Source: Verrucomicrobiia bacterium (GTDB taxonomy: Bacteria > Verrucomicrobiota > Verrucomicrobiia > Limisphaerales > Palsa-1400). From it: 27,895 nt of DNA. Made by a program: the position numbers and the translations under genes. Shown in pieces: positions 1 to 9,346 of this stretch (positions are counted from its first letter, which is position 1; each line of letters starts with the position of its first letter). The notes beneath the pieces are model-generated. The model did no database searches, was not told where the DNA came from, and worked only from the letters and a program-made list of their open reading frames with translations. Location: the NCBI GenBank assembly GCA_036501665.1, contig DASXZW010000024.1, positions 1 through 27,895 on the forward strand. Direction: 5' to 3'.

Positions 1-220
1 CTCGCCGCACGGCGGTGACGCGCAGATGTTCCAATGTCTTGTGATCTAATGTCCGCCCGTCAATTTTCATGGACGGCATCTTATAGCGGACCCTCACCCC
101 TTGTCTAGCAAAATGTAGCCTATCCTAAAGCCCTGGCAGTAAGGCCACAAATAGCTACAAGTCGTCACTATTGGCGAATTGCGTCGCTTGGCTGAGAAAA
201 ACGGCAGGCCAAGTAACAAT

Positions 221-351
221 CGGACGATTCTGAAAAAACATCGGACGATTCGCCTGGGTCTCATCTCGGTTGCTGGGCCGGGTGTTTTTTGAATTCCGGT
301 GTGAGCCAACTTGACGATTACTAAAATTCGCCTGACGATTGGTTGACGATT
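221..351. repeat. Cluster of five GACGATT short direct repeats (223, 244, 313, 334, 345), two embedded in CGGACGATTC, two in TTGACGATT
   Basis: Read directly from sequence; start-to-start spacing 21, 69, 21 and 11 nt; located upstream of the HNH ORF. Confidence 0.6.
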
Positions 352-542
352 TCGGGCAGTTCTCCAAATCCGACAGGATGTGCCAATGTCCGATCCCCTG
401 ATGGCCAATGGTGCCGATGTCCCACCTGCCAACAAGCACGAATGGAGGGCCGCGCGCTTGACCGTCGGACAAACCGTGGCTTCGGTGCTTCTCAAATAGA
501 TGCCTTGTTGCGTACGCTCCGCCCTTTTATTATATGTGACCA

Positions 543-1334
543 ATGGCTGGCCCTTTTGACAAGACGGTCAAGAAGCTCTTTGCGCTTTCGCGTAACCGTT
601 GCGCTTACCCTAAATGCGACACCCCGATTGTTCATCCGTCTGGAACCGTCGTGGGCGAGGTTTGCCATATCAGAGCTCAAAATGCTGGGGGACCGAGATT
701 TGATTCCAAGCAGACAGAAGAGAAGAGGCACTCTTTTGAAAACCTCATCTTGCTTTGCAGCGTGCATCATCGTGTGGTTGACGACCAGTTGGGCACCTAT
801 TCGGTCGAGTTGCTCTCCGACATGAAAGAAATGCACGAGCGCGACGGCGATATTGAGCTTTCGATGGAGGCCGCGCGCATGGCCCAAAAACTAATTGAGC
901 AATCTCAAATAACCATCAACGCAGCGAGCAACGCTCAAGTGATGATGGGTAGCCCTGGCGGAATTCAAGCACATCAGGTTGTAATCAAAACTTCCAAAAA
1001 ACGCGCACCAAATATCCTTCCCACCCAAGGTGCTATTGGACATAACCTTGATAAACGCAACTACACTCTTCACTTGATCGAGCGGTACAACGACTTTCAA
1101 AAGTGGGATTCATCGAAACAGGGCAAAGGCAAATACATCATCATTCACCGGGCGATCAAGACAGAATTTGGGGCCAAATGGGACCTCGTTCCGGAGCCGC
1201 AATTTCCAAGGCTTGTAGATTATCTTCAACGCAGAATCCTCAATTCCAAACTTGGGCGCATTAAAAACAGCCGCGGGGAAAAATGTTTCAGCACTTGGGA
1301 AGAGTGGTTGCAAAGGAATCACGGCTGCGAGTGA
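543..1334 (+). CDS. HNH-type endonuclease domain protein
   Basis: 263 aa; CAYPKC...GEVCHIRAQNAGGPRFD...ENLILLCSVHHRVVDD fits an HNH motif with paired Cys residues. Confidence 0.75.
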   Translation: MAGPFDKTVKKLFALSRNRCAYPKCDTPIVHPSGTVVGEVCHIRAQNAGGPRFDSKQTEEKRHSFENLILLCSVHHRVVDDQLGTYSVELLSDMKEMHERDGDIELSMEAARMAQKLIEQSQITINAASNAQVMMGSPGGIQAHQVVIKTSKKRAPNILPTQGAIGHNLDKRNYTLHLIERYNDFQKWDSSKQGKGKYIIIHRAIKTEFGAKWDLVPEPQFPRLVDYLQRRILNSKLGRIKNSRGEKCFSTWEEWLQRNHGCE

Positions 1335-1461
1335 GCTCTATGACGACTTGGCCGGTTAGGACGTGCAACGCGGAAACATTTGTAGTGGCCGGGCGCAAGT
1401 CATTCCTGTTGACCGACAAAAAAAGTGTCCCGCGCATTTGAGTGGATGCTCCGGTCACTTC

Positions 1462-1770
1462 TTAAGTACGCATTCCCGCAGTGGTGAGTTCGCTTTCGCC
1501 CTTCCGATGGTTTCTAAACTTCCAATGCTCACTGATGGCATCACACGCCTTTGCCAGCCATTTGACGTCCCTGCGGAATTCCTCCAGGTTTATGGCCGCG
1601 AAGAATTTGGGAGCGTTTTGGGCCGGATGACCGAGGGGCTTTAACATCCCCTCTGCCACAAGAATAGGAATTTCGTGCGGTGAGAAACCAAGATACCAGG
1701 CTGCCTGTTCAGCATTCAACCGAGCCGGGGGCGTCTTCAAATTCAGGAACTGCTCTTTGTCGGTGTTCAT
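1462..1770 (-). CDS. Small putative helix-turn-helix DNA-binding protein
   Basis: 102 aa; LNAEQAAWYLGFSPHEIPILVAEGMLKPLG resembles a MerR/excisionase-like HTH; same strand and neighbourhood as the relaxase operon. Confidence 0.55.
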   Translation of the reverse strand: MNTDKEQFLNLKTPPARLNAEQAAWYLGFSPHEIPILVAEGMLKPLGHPAQNAPKFFAAINLEEFRRDVKWLAKACDAISEHWKFRNHRKGESELTTAGMRT

Positions 1771-1780
1771 TGGAAGGCTC

Positions 1781-2443
1781 CTACATGCGTCGCGTAAACC
1801 TGACCCTGTTGTTCTGATTTTCTGTCAGAATTGACATACGAGTGTTGTGGCCGGTTTCGATTTTCTCGGCAACCGCCTCGTTGAATTGGTCTGAGATGGC
1901 TCTGACGACCCGACTCACATCGCGGTCATTTGAATTCTTCCAGATGATCTCCTGAGCACGGGCGACAGCGTCACTGGCCATGAATCGCAACGTGTGGCGG
2001 ACACGTTCGATATAATCCTGCACCAGAATAGTCGGATCTTTTCCTTGGGCCTGAACGACGATGGCACCGTGGGCCTTGGCATACAATGATTGGGGGAGGA
2101 ATCGCTGCACAATTGCGTAGCCCTTCCCGTCGCCGTCCTCGTGGCTGCAAAGCAGAATCGAACCCAACTCCAATTTCAGGATTTGATTCACGACCTTCCA
2201 CGAAGCGGGGGGCTTCGGGGTTGTCAAAACGGATTCCGCGCCGTTGCGGGAGGCCGTTATACCACTGGCGCTTTCGCACAACTCAGCGACCCGATCCAAT
2301 TGGTGACTGAAATCGCTCAGTTCCAGCAATTGCTTTTTGACGGCGCTGAGGGCTTCCAGGTAGAGATTGTGTTCGCTCTCCGTCAGTCTGCCTGCAAAGC
2401 CAGGAACGCAGTAGCGGCAAAGTTCGCCGGATCGTTTCAACAT
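1781..2443 (-). CDS. Hypothetical protein
   Basis: 220 aa ORF collinear with flanking minus-strand genes with short gaps. Confidence 0.55.
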   Translation of the reverse strand: MLKRSGELCRYCVPGFAGRLTESEHNLYLEALSAVKKQLLELSDFSHQLDRVAELCESASGITASRNGAESVLTTPKPPASWKVVNQILKLELGSILLCSHEDGDGKGYAIVQRFLPQSLYAKAHGAIVVQAQGKDPTILVQDYIERVRHTLRFMASDAVARAQEIIWKNSNDRDVSRVVRAISDQFNEAVAEKIETGHNTRMSILTENQNNRVRFTRRM

Positions 2444-2457
2444 AATGCCTCCTTCAG

Positions 2458-2676
2458 TTACGATTTCTCGGTTGACCGCTTCAACAGCCTTTCCATTTCC
2501 GATTTCGGCAGAAAAAGTCTGCCGCCCGAAGATCGTCCGGGATTAGCATCGCCTTGTTGAATCAGCGCATAGAGGCTGAACGCATCAATGCCCAATCGCG
2601 CCGCCGCGTCCGGGATTGAAGGGCCATCATCTTCCCGCTCAGGGGAACGAATCGTTTCGTCTTGATTCTCATTCAT
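2458..2676 (-). CDS. Excisionase-like small HTH protein
   Basis: 72 aa starting MNENQDETIRSPEREDDG; PSIPDAAARLGIDAFSLYALIQQG...GGRLFLPKSEMERLLKR; good SD AAAGGAG upstream of the 2676 start; shorter than the 159 aa ORF-track call. Confidence 0.65.
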   Translation of the reverse strand: MNENQDETIRSPEREDDGPSIPDAAARLGIDAFSLYALIQQGDANPGRSSGGRLFLPKSEMERLLKRSTEKS

Positions 2677-3049
2677 GGTTGGACTCCTTTTGTTTTGGTT
2701 CGCGAATCTCGATTGCCTCGATAAAGCCTTCGCTCTTTGGGAATGTTCGCTGCGCCGATGGGAGAAGTCTGATTCGGTCAACGGCGAGTCGTCCCAACGA
2801 GCTGCATAAGGGTTCCAGGCTCTTGCCGGTGACGATGATAAGACAATCTTGAAATCGAATATGGAGGGACTCGTCACCAGAAATCCTGATAAGTTTGGCG
2901 TGTTGGAAATAGCCGTATGGGAACAGGTGAATTTCACCCGGCTTTTCCACGCGCAGGCAATGGGCGCTGGAATCCGTGCTCCAGCAGTTCAAATCCTTTG
3001 TCCGCGAGCTTGTTGGTGCTTCACTCTCTGATCGAGGTTTTGTTTCCAT
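2669..3049 (-). CDS. Hypothetical 126 aa protein of the relaxase operon
   Basis: Overlaps the relaxase 3' end by 61 nt and its stop overlaps the next start by 8 nt (ATGAATGA), suggesting translational coupling. Confidence 0.5.
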   Translation of the reverse strand: METKPRSESEAPTSSRTKDLNCWSTDSSAHCLRVEKPGEIHLFPYGYFQHAKLIRISGDESLHIRFQDCLIIVTGKSLEPLCSSLGRLAVDRIRLLPSAQRTFPKSEGFIEAIEIREPKQKESNHE

Positions 3050-5808
3050 GCTGTGCTGCTTTCATTTTGTTGCGGTGCCTCCGCTCGACGGGTTTGAATC
3101 AACTTTTGAATGTAGGCTCGAACCGCCGGTGCCAGACCCTGCTTCTTCGGTGCGTCCGGTTCGATGAGTTCAATCGCAAGCTCCCTATTCCCCAAGCGAG
3201 CGACATTCTCCTGCAACCGCGACTTGTCCTGCGTGAAAATCTTGACGCTTCTGGTTCCCCGCGAAATCGTGACGAGCCATTGCTGATTGTTCGTGGCGGC
3301 TTTGACGGATGAATCCGAGAACAAGACGTGTTCGACGGTCTTCCCTTGAGACCCGTACGAAGTGACCGCGTAGCCACGGACGAATTGGCGAAAGTGCGAC
3401 GGTAGGATTCGACCATCTTGAAGATGAATGCGTCCATCCGGGGCAAGACTCTTGATGGAGACCAGTTCGCCATTTACGATCGGCTTGCCATCGCAGGCTT
3501 CCGCGTTAGCCTTGAGCTGAAGTTTGTCTCCCGGTGTCAAGGCCATTTCAACAGGCTGACAAACGGTGAGTCGGTCCAGATGCTTGAATTCGATTTTTCC
3601 AACGTGTTTTTCCGTCCCAACCGTCAGATGGACGGGGGCTGTTTTGAGCAACTTCCCTTGATCTCCCTTCCTGAAATGCCCGGTGTCCCGGTTGAACACA
3701 ATCACCGCGTTCGCTGTATAAAACCGCTCGTCAAGCTTTTGCGCATCGGTTAGGTCAATTCGTTCGTGGGCCTGGACGACCACGTCGTCTTTCGCGATTA
3801 CACCGGCATTTCGCAACCCGATGCGGATTCGTTCATTGATTTCATGGATCTCCGCCCACGTCTGCGACACGACGACAACCGACCTTTTCCGCTTTGCCAG
3901 TTCCACGTAGTCGGCCACCAACTGCTCACGTTGAGCATCCAAAGTTTGGCATTCGACAATCGCGCCAAGCCGATCCAGACGATCAAATGATGCAGCGTAG
4001 TGGCCGGTCTGCGCTTTCCGAATGGCAGCCCGGTACTGTTTGATACGCTTGCGCTCGGACTTCGTTTCGCCAAGTTTGGGGTTCTGCCGTCGAATCTTGG
4101 TCAGCCGTACCGGCTCAAGACCGGAATACTTCTCAATCGCGCGCAAAGCGTCTGACGCCTCGACTGCTCCATGCTGGCGCGTGTCACCCGAAAGAATGAC
4201 GCGCCCTTTATGCTGATGGACGAACGTCAACAAGTCGTGCATCTGCTGTCCGCCAACCTGTCCTGCCTCATCAACAATGACGATTGAGCCGGGAATCATT
4301 TGGCGCTTGGTCAGGAATTCAGAGATGGTTTGGGTTTCGCCGAAACTCGATTTCAAATCCAGGGCTTGCTGGCGTTGAGGCGCAATCACCTGAATAACGT
4401 GGCCAGCGCCCGTCAGGCCAGTGCCGATCTCGCGTAGCGTGTGGCTCTTGCCGGTGCCCGCGCCGCCGCAGAACAGGGTTACGAAGTCCTCAGAGCGAAG
4501 GATTCTTTCCGCCGCCGCCTTCTGATCCGGCATCAAACCAGAGGAGACTTTGTAGTCAGGGTTGAGCGCCGGATGCTTCCATTTGCCGTCCTGCGCCAGG
4601 CAGATGATTTCCCATTCACGATTCAGAATCTCGCGGATGGTAATCTTCCCGGGTGCGTATTCGCTCCGAAGGAATTGACGGCGCTCACTGGCAGTTTTCA
4701 AGTGGTCAATGGTGAACGGTCGGCCCCGCTGACGTTCCAAGGCGGCAGACCAAAGCTCGCTTTCGCGCAGGACGGAATGCCGGTCGAATAGATGATCTTC
4801 CGCCCACTGGATGGCTGCTTCGGCAACAGGAAGCTGGTTTACAGGTGTTTCTGGCCCGGTTTGCCTCACCACCTTGGACAGTGACTGCCGCTCTGCGTGG
4901 GTGACTTGGCCGGCCCAAAGCCGTTCAAGATCGGACAAACGGATGCCTGAGATTTTCCGGCTGCGTTCAGCCTGGGCAATTTGGGCGCGTAATTCCTTGA
5001 GGTTGCCGCCAGCCAGTTCGGGCTTCTCACGCAGCAATTTTTCGATCCGTTCGTCAATTTCGTTGTGCCGTTTCGAGAACCGGGAACAGAGTTCTTTGGC
5101 CACCCCGGCAATTTGAAAATCCCCTCTTGGACGATTCTCAATCTCGTATCCGAACCGGCGAAGATCACGCGCCAGTTCGTGATAATAGACGTTCTCCACA
5201 TATTTCCGCGCCTGCAACATTTCGTAATTGGAGAGCGCCTTCCAACGCTTCTCGACCGCATCGTACGTCGCGTTGAACATGATGCAGTGGGTATGCAAAT
5301 GCGGATCAAGAGCGCGTGACGTCTCGTGGCGAAAGAGCGCACATACCACTTTTCCAGTGAGCCGTTCCGAGATTCTCTGGGCGTGATGGACTCGTGTTCC
5401 GGCAAAACCTTCCAACTCCTTCGCTGCGACCCGAATCGCCCGGTTGTGCGCGTCCATAATTCGGCGGTCCTCAGCGATGAATGTTTGGATGGACACCGAT
5501 TTTGGCGGCGAAAACGTGAAATCGTAAAAAACACGGCGGTTGGCGACCTCTGCCATTTGGTCTTCATCCCATCGAGTTGTTTTCAATCTTTGGGTCAGCG
5601 TACCGTCTCCATCCGGGCGTTCGTTTCGGCAAAGTTTCAGAAATTCCGCCTCCTTGACGACGCCTGCCAATCCCAGCAGTTCAGCGCCGGTTCCAAACCA
5701 CTCGCCAAACACCTGATTCTCTTGGCTGTAGTAGTCGCCGAGTTGCAAATGTTCCTCGAAGTATTTCTCCGCGTTGCTCAAATTGCACTGTGTCTTAATC
5801 GTCAACAC
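2989..5808 (-). CDS. MobF-family (TrwC/TraI-type) conjugative relaxase with C-terminal helicase
   Basis: 939 aa; FGEWFGTGAELLGLAG, DFTFSPPKSVSIQTF, FRHETSRALDPHLHTHCIMFNATYD, Walker A LFCGGAGTGKSHTL and VIVDEAGQVG. Confidence 0.93.
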   Translation of the reverse strand: MLTIKTQCNLSNAEKYFEEHLQLGDYYSQENQVFGEWFGTGAELLGLAGVVKEAEFLKLCRNERPDGDGTLTQRLKTTRWDEDQMAEVANRRVFYDFTFSPPKSVSIQTFIAEDRRIMDAHNRAIRVAAKELEGFAGTRVHHAQRISERLTGKVVCALFRHETSRALDPHLHTHCIMFNATYDAVEKRWKALSNYEMLQARKYVENVYYHELARDLRRFGYEIENRPRGDFQIAGVAKELCSRFSKRHNEIDERIEKLLREKPELAGGNLKELRAQIAQAERSRKISGIRLSDLERLWAGQVTHAERQSLSKVVRQTGPETPVNQLPVAEAAIQWAEDHLFDRHSVLRESELWSAALERQRGRPFTIDHLKTASERRQFLRSEYAPGKITIREILNREWEIICLAQDGKWKHPALNPDYKVSSGLMPDQKAAAERILRSEDFVTLFCGGAGTGKSHTLREIGTGLTGAGHVIQVIAPQRQQALDLKSSFGETQTISEFLTKRQMIPGSIVIVDEAGQVGGQQMHDLLTFVHQHKGRVILSGDTRQHGAVEASDALRAIEKYSGLEPVRLTKIRRQNPKLGETKSERKRIKQYRAAIRKAQTGHYAASFDRLDRLGAIVECQTLDAQREQLVADYVELAKRKRSVVVVSQTWAEIHEINERIRIGLRNAGVIAKDDVVVQAHERIDLTDAQKLDERFYTANAVIVFNRDTGHFRKGDQGKLLKTAPVHLTVGTEKHVGKIEFKHLDRLTVCQPVEMALTPGDKLQLKANAEACDGKPIVNGELVSIKSLAPDGRIHLQDGRILPSHFRQFVRGYAVTSYGSQGKTVEHVLFSDSSVKAATNNQQWLVTISRGTRSVKIFTQDKSRLQENVARLGNRELAIELIEPDAPKKQGLAPAVRAYIQKLIQTRRAEAPQQNESSTAWKQNLDQRVKHQQARGQRI

Positions 5809-6104
5809 GCCACATTTTTAGCGCAACAAGTTCGGTCAAGTTGTAATGAATTCATTACAATGTGGAGCAGTGAAGTGCGCTTCAATGGGGCGCATGAACG
5901 CGAAGCAAAAGCTTCATTTTTCACGGCACGCCTTACCTCTAACGTTCGTTAGAAATCTGGCTGGACAGCCTTGGGCCGCGAAACGGCTGCGGCTCAGACT
6001 CCCTTCACGCATCGCCGAGAAATCGGCCAGACAAATGTTGGACAACATTTGGACATCGTTGAGACAAGTCCGGGCCGCAGTCCGGCCAGAAGCAAATTGA
6101 TTTT
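5809..6104. promoter_or_regulatory. Divergent intergenic region with several inverted repeats; candidate relaxase promoter/operator and oriT
   Basis: Lies between the minus-strand relaxase and plus-strand TraK-like gene; palindrome 5841-5860, GAAGC-AAAA-GCTTC 5902-5915, CTAACG-TT-CGTTAG 5939-5952, CAAATGTT-GGAC-AACATTTG 6032-6051. Confidence 0.45.
5841..5860. repeat. 20 bp perfect palindrome TTGTAATGAATTCATTACAA
   Basis: Read directly; equal to its own reverse complement; 33 nt upstream of the relaxase start. Confidence 0.9.
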
Positions 6105-6509
6105 ATGGAGTCCGAGCAACCCCAAACGCAATCATTCCGGGAAGCGGCGAAGGAATTCGACCGCACCCCGAAACTTTTCCGGCAGTTGATGAAATACAAA
6201 GACGACATCGCCGCATTGCGGCAGAAGGGCGCTTCCTTCGGCATCATCAGCGAGCTATTGCAAAAGGACAACGTAAGGGTTTCATGGAAAACCGTCTCGC
6301 GTTTCTGCCGTAAGATAATTGGCACCGAGAAACGAAGGAGAAAAAGCACGGACGCAATCCCGCCCTCTGGGCTTGTCGAAACGCGATCAAAAACCGGGGA
6401 CGGCGCGGCGAGCCTGCTTTCGGCGTTGAACGAACAACGGAGCAAGGTGGTCGGCCCTTGGACACCGCGAAAACGAGGCCCGCACATCACCGATTCAAAA
6501 AACCTTTAG
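6105..6509 (+). CDS. TraK-like conjugal transfer / HTH protein
   Basis: 134 aa; FRQLMKYKDDIAALRQKGASFGIISELLQKDNVRVSWKTVSRFCRKI resembles the TraK-like wHTH; upstream of TraL-like ATPase. Confidence 0.5.
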   Translation: MESEQPQTQSFREAAKEFDRTPKLFRQLMKYKDDIAALRQKGASFGIISELLQKDNVRVSWKTVSRFCRKIIGTEKRRRKSTDAIPPSGLVETRSKTGDGAASLLSALNEQRSKVVGPWTPRKRGPHITDSKNL

Positions 6510-6520
6510 AGACAAAATTT

Positions 6521-7267
6521 ATGAAAAAACGAATTGATACAATAATCAACGGCAAGGGAGGCGTGGGCAAGAGCTTCTTCGCCGTGAACTTCGTCCAATA
6601 CCTCAAGGACAAGTCCATTTCCCATGTCGCCATTGACACCGACAACGAGAACTCAACCCTCAAACGCTTCCATCCCGAAGCCGCATTTTTAGACATCGAG
6701 GACACCAAGGAAATTGACTCAATGTTCGCCGCCCTGGACAAAGCCGATTTGGTGGTCGTGGACTGCCGGGCGGCTTCGACGGACATTTTCCTGAACTATT
6801 TCGAGGAATTGCAGATTTTTCGGGTACTCGAAAAGGCAGGGGCTTTAATGACCGTTATTTCCCCGGTGAATCACGAAACGGACGGTTTGGAACAGATTCG
6901 CAACCTGAGCGAGCGATTGAATGACCGCTGCAATTATCTGGTCGTCAAAAATCAGGCGTTGTCAGAACGGTTCGGAAACTACGAGCAGAGCAAAACCCGC
7001 GCCCGCTTGGTGGGGGAACTTGGAGCCAAGGAAATCGTGATGCCGAGGCTTTACGATTGGCTGGTCGCGGACCTGAACAAACAGGATTTGACGATCACGC
7101 CCGCCATGCGGCACGAGTCCTTCACCCTGTTTGACCGGCAGCGCTTGTGCAACTGGCAACGCCAGTTTTACGAAGAACTGGATTCGGCCACGGACATTCT
7201 GCTTCCCCCGGCAAAGAAGATGCGGAAACTCGAGAACGATTCCAAGCCCAGCGATTTGCTTGTATGA
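6521..7267 (+). CDS. ParA/MinD-type ATPase, TraL-like
   Basis: MKKRIDTIINGKGGVGKSFFAVNFVQYLKD...AIDTDNENSTLKRF...LVVVDCRAAS; start at 6521 preferred over track start 6458. Confidence 0.8.
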   Translation: MKKRIDTIINGKGGVGKSFFAVNFVQYLKDKSISHVAIDTDNENSTLKRFHPEAAFLDIEDTKEIDSMFAALDKADLVVVDCRAASTDIFLNYFEELQIFRVLEKAGALMTVISPVNHETDGLEQIRNLSERLNDRCNYLVVKNQALSERFGNYEQSKTRARLVGELGAKEIVMPRLYDWLVADLNKQDLTITPAMRHESFTLFDRQRLCNWQRQFYEELDSATDILLPPAKKMRKLENDSKPSDLLV

Positions 7268-7620
7268 CGGAACCCGCCAATTTTGAAAGCGCTGTCGTCG
7301 AGTGGAAGCATCGGCACCGCATCTGCGATGATGATCCAATTCTGGCCGCGTTGGAGTTATTGAAGGTGTTTTTTCAGAACGTAAAAATCGAGATTCCGCC
7401 CGATTCAGAGTCCGCGAAGCTCCTTGAGGTACGAACCGCCATCCAGCAGTTGAATCGGCTCGGAATAGATTTTTCAAAGCAAACGCGGGATTTGACGCTG
7501 GAGATGCGTACGTTGCCAGACCTCGACAAGCAGTTACGCTCCGGGCGCGCGAGCGCATTTGTTTTCACCGCCCTAGCCTGCCTGGGCGCAGGCATCCTCA
7601 TTGGAAAGTTTCTGTTATGA
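7264..7620 (+). CDS. TraM-like transfer protein with C-terminal membrane segment
   Basis: 118 aa from ATG 7264 (ATGA overlap with upstream gene); WKHRHRICDDDPILAALELLKVFFQNV; C-term AFVFTALACLGAGILIGKFLL hydrophobic. Confidence 0.55.
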   Translation: MTEPANFESAVVEWKHRHRICDDDPILAALELLKVFFQNVKIEIPPDSESAKLLEVRTAIQQLNRLGIDFSKQTRDLTLEMRTLPDLDKQLRSGRASAFVFTALACLGAGILIGKFLL

Positions 7621-9107
7621 ATGCGAATTGGCTTGGTTTTCTCACCGCAGGTCTTTCCCTTTTGGCTGGCGCGTATTCGTTCCTTTACCTCCACCAGCCC
7701 ACAGCATCCCTCATTGCGCTCGTGTTTGTGGGACTCGCCGCCTACGCGATTACGACTTCAGCGGCCAATGACGTCGGCGAAATCATTGTTCGCTTGAAAG
7801 GCTTTGTGTGGACCCGCGAAGATTTCTGTCGCGGCTGGCTTATTACGGGCGACACGGGTTCCGGCAAAACCCGTTCCGGGATCAACCAATTGCTGTTTCA
7901 AGTCTTCACCAACGACCCGAAATGGGGTGGTCTTTGCATTGATGACAAGGGCGTCTATTGGGAAACGCTGGTGGAAATGGCTACGCATTTTCACCGCGAG
8001 CAGGATTTGATTCTCGTCCAGATCAAACCTGACGATCCACCGGATGATTGGAAACCGACGCACACGTTCAACCTCATTTCCGACCCGTCCATCCCCTATT
8101 CCACGTATGCCAAGTTTGTAGTGGACACGGTGACGAGTTTGGGCCAACGGACAGAGCAGTCGTTCTTCAAAAGCCAGGCACAGACCCACATCGCGCTTGG
8201 TTTGGAAGTCCTCTCCCGCACCGGGATGGATGTGACGCTGGAAAACGTCCACGGCTTCCTTTTGGACGAAAACACCATGACCGATACTCTCAAAGACCTC
8301 GCGACGGATTATCCCACGGAGCGCGCGCAAAAGTTGGTGGACCATTTTGAAGATCGATATGCGAAGCAACCCCCCGAACAAATGGGCGGCGTCAAGGAAA
8401 CCATCGCCAACTACCTGCAATTCTTCCTGACGCCTGACATTGCCCAAGTGTTTTGCGCGCACCGCAACACGTTTGAGTTCCACGAAATTGATCGAGGCAA
8501 GATTATTTGTCTCGCCATGCCCCAAAAGTACCAGACTGAACGCCGTTACATAAACACGTTTTTGAAGATGCTTTTTTACAACCATGTTTTGCGAAGATTC
8601 GACCGCCGGAAAGAGGCACGTTCGGACGACAATCTTCTCATTTTATGGGCGGACGAAGCGCAGCGATTTGTGACGGCGAGCGACGAAGGCATGAGCGATT
8701 ACAACTGCATTGATGTCATGCGCGAGGCGCGCGCGACTCTCGTGGCGGCCGCGCAATCATCCACGTCGTTCGTTCCGCCGCTGGGGGAAGAAAAGGCGCA
8801 AGTCCTCACGCTCAATCTTCGCAACAGGATGGTTTTCAAAGCCGCAGACGAGGCCGGCGCGGTCGAAAGCGCCGATTTCCTTGGACAACGGAAAGTTCAA
8901 CAGACAACTCGTGGTTTTTCCGGTGGAATGCCTTCGCGGACATACACCAGCATCGAAGAGCACAAAATCAAACCCTACGAATTGCGCCATTTGAAAAAGC
9001 ACCAGTGCGTTCTCGTGCATTGCGAACGCGGGTTCAAACGAACCATTCTTGCGCCGTTGGAGCCGGATGGAGAGGTTTCCTCATGGTACAAAGGGAATTG
9101 GTTCTGA
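7617..9107 (+). CDS. Type IV coupling protein-like ATPase (VirD4/TraD family)
   Basis: 496 aa; N-terminal TM segments, WLITGDTGSGKTRSGINQLLF, GGLCIDDKGVYWE, LLILWADEAQRFVT; ATGA overlap with the upstream gene. Confidence 0.85.
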   Translation: MNANWLGFLTAGLSLLAGAYSFLYLHQPTASLIALVFVGLAAYAITTSAANDVGEIIVRLKGFVWTREDFCRGWLITGDTGSGKTRSGINQLLFQVFTNDPKWGGLCIDDKGVYWETLVEMATHFHREQDLILVQIKPDDPPDDWKPTHTFNLISDPSIPYSTYAKFVVDTVTSLGQRTEQSFFKSQAQTHIALGLEVLSRTGMDVTLENVHGFLLDENTMTDTLKDLATDYPTERAQKLVDHFEDRYAKQPPEQMGGVKETIANYLQFFLTPDIAQVFCAHRNTFEFHEIDRGKIICLAMPQKYQTERRYINTFLKMLFYNHVLRRFDRRKEARSDDNLLILWADEAQRFVTASDEGMSDYNCIDVMREARATLVAAAQSSTSFVPPLGEEKAQVLTLNLRNRMVFKAADEAGAVESADFLGQRKVQQTTRGFSGGMPSRTYTSIEEHKIKPYELRHLKKHQCVLVHCERGFKRTILAPLEPDGEVSSWYKGNWF

Positions 9108-9346
9108 TTCGAAGCACCCGCCTCAACCGCGCTCCAGCGCAGGCGACAACTCCCTCAACTCGTGACAAGACGTTCTCAATCGTGGTATTTTCGGGCCATA
9201 TTGGACACACACGCATGACCGCAGGCCGAGCAAAAATAGCGCGCATCTGGCGACGGCTAGCCGAGACACTGGATATTGTCGGAATCCAGCGCATCGCTGG
9301 CGCGGAGGCGACGGTCGTTTCCGGTAATGAGGGAGGCCCAACATGA
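9083..9346 (+). CDS. Hypothetical small protein
   Basis: 87 aa MVQRELVLIRSTRL...; overlaps the coupling-protein end and couples by ATGA to the next gene. Confidence 0.4.
   Translation: MVQRELVLIRSTRLNRAPAQATTPSTRDKTFSIVVFSGHIGHTRMTAGRAKIARIWRRLAETLDIVGIQRIAGAEATVVSGNEGGPT

Noticed and set aside
94-543. 149 aa minus-strand ORF and overlapping 155..472 ORF
   Set aside because: Unstructured, repeat-derived sequence, no motifs, overlaps the repeat cluster; likely spurious
7758-8585. 275 aa ORF antisense to the coupling protein
   Set aside because: Shadow ORF opposite a well-supported ATPase gene; no recognisable domain
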